A stretch of 38,213 nucleotides of DNA from an uncultured Sphingorhabdus sp. (lineage in GTDB: Bacteria > Pseudomonadota > Alphaproteobacteria > Sphingomonadales > Sphingomonadaceae), in assembly GCA_964502655.1 (NCBI GenBank), contig CAZCXQ010000002.1, forward strand, positions 1 through 38,213. Reading direction: 5' to 3'. The first letter of the stretch is position 1. Each line of letters opens with the position of its first letter. The translations under genes were made by a program, and so were the position numbers. This document shows, piece after piece, positions 36,620 to 38,213 of this stretch. The notes beneath the pieces were generated by a model. That model was not told where the DNA came from, did not search any database, and saw only the letters and a program-made list of their open reading frames with translations.

Positions 36620-37557
36620 TCAAGTTCCGCCGCCGGTCTTTGTGCGCAGCGGCCGCCATTGTTTTGGCGGCCTCGCCAATTGGTCCGGCGGGGCCGCTTC
36701 TGGCGCAGGATCGGGGACAATTTGTTGACTTGGGGCCGGTCGCCACGACACAAATTGCGCCGCCCAAGGTCGTGGTCTGGCTACCACCGGGCTATGACTC
36801 GGGCAAAGGCCGCTATGCTGTGGTCTACATGCATGACGGCCAAAATTTGTTCGATCCGAAGCGGTCAAACTTCAACAAAGTTTGGGCTGCGGATATATCG
36901 GCTGTGCGGCTTATTGCTTCGGGGAAAATTGCGCCGTTTATCATTGTCGGCATTGACCAACCCGGCGCAGATCGGTGGCGGCAGTATTTTCCAAAGCCAA
37001 TGCTCCATTATGTCGCGCCGGAGACGCGGACAAAATTGGAGGCGCAAGGCAATGGAAAACCGGTCATAGCCGACGCCTATTTGCGTTTCATCGTCAGCGA
37101 ACTGAAGCCAAAAATCGACAATATGTACCGCACGAAGAAAGATCGGGCCCACACAAGCATAATTGGCTCAAGCATGGGCGGGCTCATCTCGCTATATGCC
37201 ATCAGTAAATATCCCGATGTGTTCGGCACAGCGGGCGCGGTGTCGACGCATTTGCCATTAAGCGATCCCAATTGGTCAGAAGCAGAGCGGCAGGATATTT
37301 TGGCGGCATGGCGGAAATTTGCCGAGCGGGAGCTCGGTAAACCATATGGCCGACGCATCTGGTTCGATCACGGCACCGAAACGTTGGACGCCTTTTACCA
37401 GCCCTATCAAGAAAATCTTGATGCGGCCTTGGTCACGAATGGATGGAAAAAAGGACGCGATTTTCAAACGACTGTGTATCCCGGCACGCCGCATGAGGAA
37501 AACGCGTGGGCGGCGCGTATGGATGATATCTTTGGCTGGATGCTTCGGAAACGCTAA
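36616..37557 (+). CDS. Exported alpha/beta-hydrolase (putative esterase family)
   Basis: ATGA overlap with GH97. Arg-rich signal peptide; motifs VWLPPGY, YMHDGQNLF, ELKPKID, nucleophile GSSMGGL, DHGTETLD and HEENAWAAR. Confidence 0.88.
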   Translation: MIKFRRRSLCAAAAIVLAASPIGPAGPLLAQDRGQFVDLGPVATTQIAPPKVVVWLPPGYDSGKGRYAVVYMHDGQNLFDPKRSNFNKVWAADISAVRLIASGKIAPFIIVGIDQPGADRWRQYFPKPMLHYVAPETRTKLEAQGNGKPVIADAYLRFIVSELKPKIDNMYRTKKDRAHTSIIGSSMGGLISLYAISKYPDVFGTAGAVSTHLPLSDPNWSEAERQDILAAWRKFAERELGKPYGRRIWFDHGTETLDAFYQPYQENLDAALVTNGWKKGRDFQTTVYPGTPHEENAWAARMDDIFGWMLRKR

Positions 37558-37572
37558 TAGCGCACGCAGCAT

Positions 37573-37833
37573 TTGATATGTCATAGTGGTTGGGATGTCG
37601 TGGATTGGCCCGACACAGTTTTGGATCATGTTACTGATCACACATTCTTCTTGGCGACCCGCGCCTATCGGACAGGCCGCAATGTCGCAGCGCACCCCGA
37701 CCGCATCTTTCGATCCAAACGTATTGCCGCCCTTAAGCAATGTCACGACTCGGCGGCTGCAAAAAGCACCGCGCTTGGATTGGCTTTCAACGCGGCTTGC
37801 CGGATTGATGAACTTTTCTTTCAGACAGTCTGA
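37573..37833 (+). CDS. Possible small hypothetical protein
   Basis: An 86-codon ORF co-oriented with the mal operon fills the gap before tRNA-Thr, and its codon use looks plausible. No motif was recognised, the start is uncertain and competing frames exist. Confidence 0.25.
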   Translation: MICHSGWDVVDWPDTVLDHVTDHTFFLATRAYRTGRNVAAHPDRIFRSKRIAALKQCHDSAAAKSTALGLAFNAACRIDELFFQTV

Positions 37834-37927
37834 CATTCAACCCGGCGGCTGAAATCAACTCTGATGCGCCATTGGCGCGCCGCCGGGACACAGACATCGC
37901 ATTATGCCAACTAAATGATTGGAAATA

Positions 37928-38003
<76 letters not shown>

Positions 38004-38023
38004 ACTCTGTGGCGCCCATTGCC

Positions 38024-38212
38024 TCAAATGATGCCAAAGGTCCAGCCCTCAGTTGCGGCTATTTCGCAATTTAATGCAGCTGGCGTCCAAAATTGTGGAT
38101 TTGACGCGGTTGCGCGCAGCCATGCGGCGGTTAGCAGGGCATCTGTCGCATGGTCGGTATAGCGTTCGAGCCGCGTATGGGGCAGGGACCCGACGGCCTG
38201 CAAAGCCTCATC
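38024..38212 (-). CDS. 3' end of a hypothetical protein running off the window (possibly DUF429-like)
   Basis: It is absent from the ORF track because no start lies in the window. Manual translation gives DEALQAVGSLPHTRLERYTDHATDALLTAAWLRATASNPQFWTPAALNCEIAATEGWTFGII*, where D..DA..AA and terminal EGWxF resemble DUF429-type C-termini. Confidence 0.6.
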   Translation of the reverse strand, partial: DEALQAVGSLPHTRLERYTDHATDALLTAAWLRATASNPQFWTPAALNCEIAATEGWTFGII

Positions 38213-38213
38213 C

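Noticed and set aside
37276-37836. 186-aa Cys-containing minus-strand ORF
   Set aside because: It overlaps the esterase 3' end antisense by about 280 bp and has no SD or known motif.

Overview
A 38.2-kb window from an alphaproteobacterium, most likely a sphingomonad (inferred from gene order and the density of TonB-dependent receptors). The left ~9 kb is mostly conserved backbone: the 3' part of a K+-independent H+-pyrophosphatase gene (hppA), a secreted S9 peptidase, a TonB-dependent receptor (TBDR) with a Gly/Pro-rich insert, and the infA-maf-RNase E/G-like-yacG-tRNA-Phe cluster. About 29 kb of accessory-type genes lie between the convergent tRNA-Phe and tRNA-Thr genes. These are a second TBDR, a DUF2256 Zn-finger microprotein and three modules. 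(1) A bufferin-type RiPP cluster with two DUF2282 precursors, a DUF692/MNIO enzyme and a DUF2063 partner. Both precursors have a near-identical 30-bp upstream element, and no DoxX or sigma/anti-sigma gene is present. (2) A LacI-controlled sucrose-type locus (MFS, LacI, TBDR, GH68, ROK fructokinase, flavin-dependent halogenase homolog) with four copies of a TGCAAnCGnTTGCA-like operator. (3) A maltodextrin/starch locus (MFS, LacI, TBDR, halogenase homolog, lipoprotein GH13 amylase, GH13 glucosidase, GH97, esterase) with two copies of TGAATACGwATGTG. The most notable observations are that each sugar locus has its own tryptophan-halogenase-like gene overlapping a sugar-catabolic gene with no flavin reductase nearby, that the bufferin precursor was duplicated together with its upstream motif, and that a GH68 lacking the transfructosylation His replaces the usual GH13 sucrose hydrolase. 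All family calls come from motif recognition by eye; no database searches were run.
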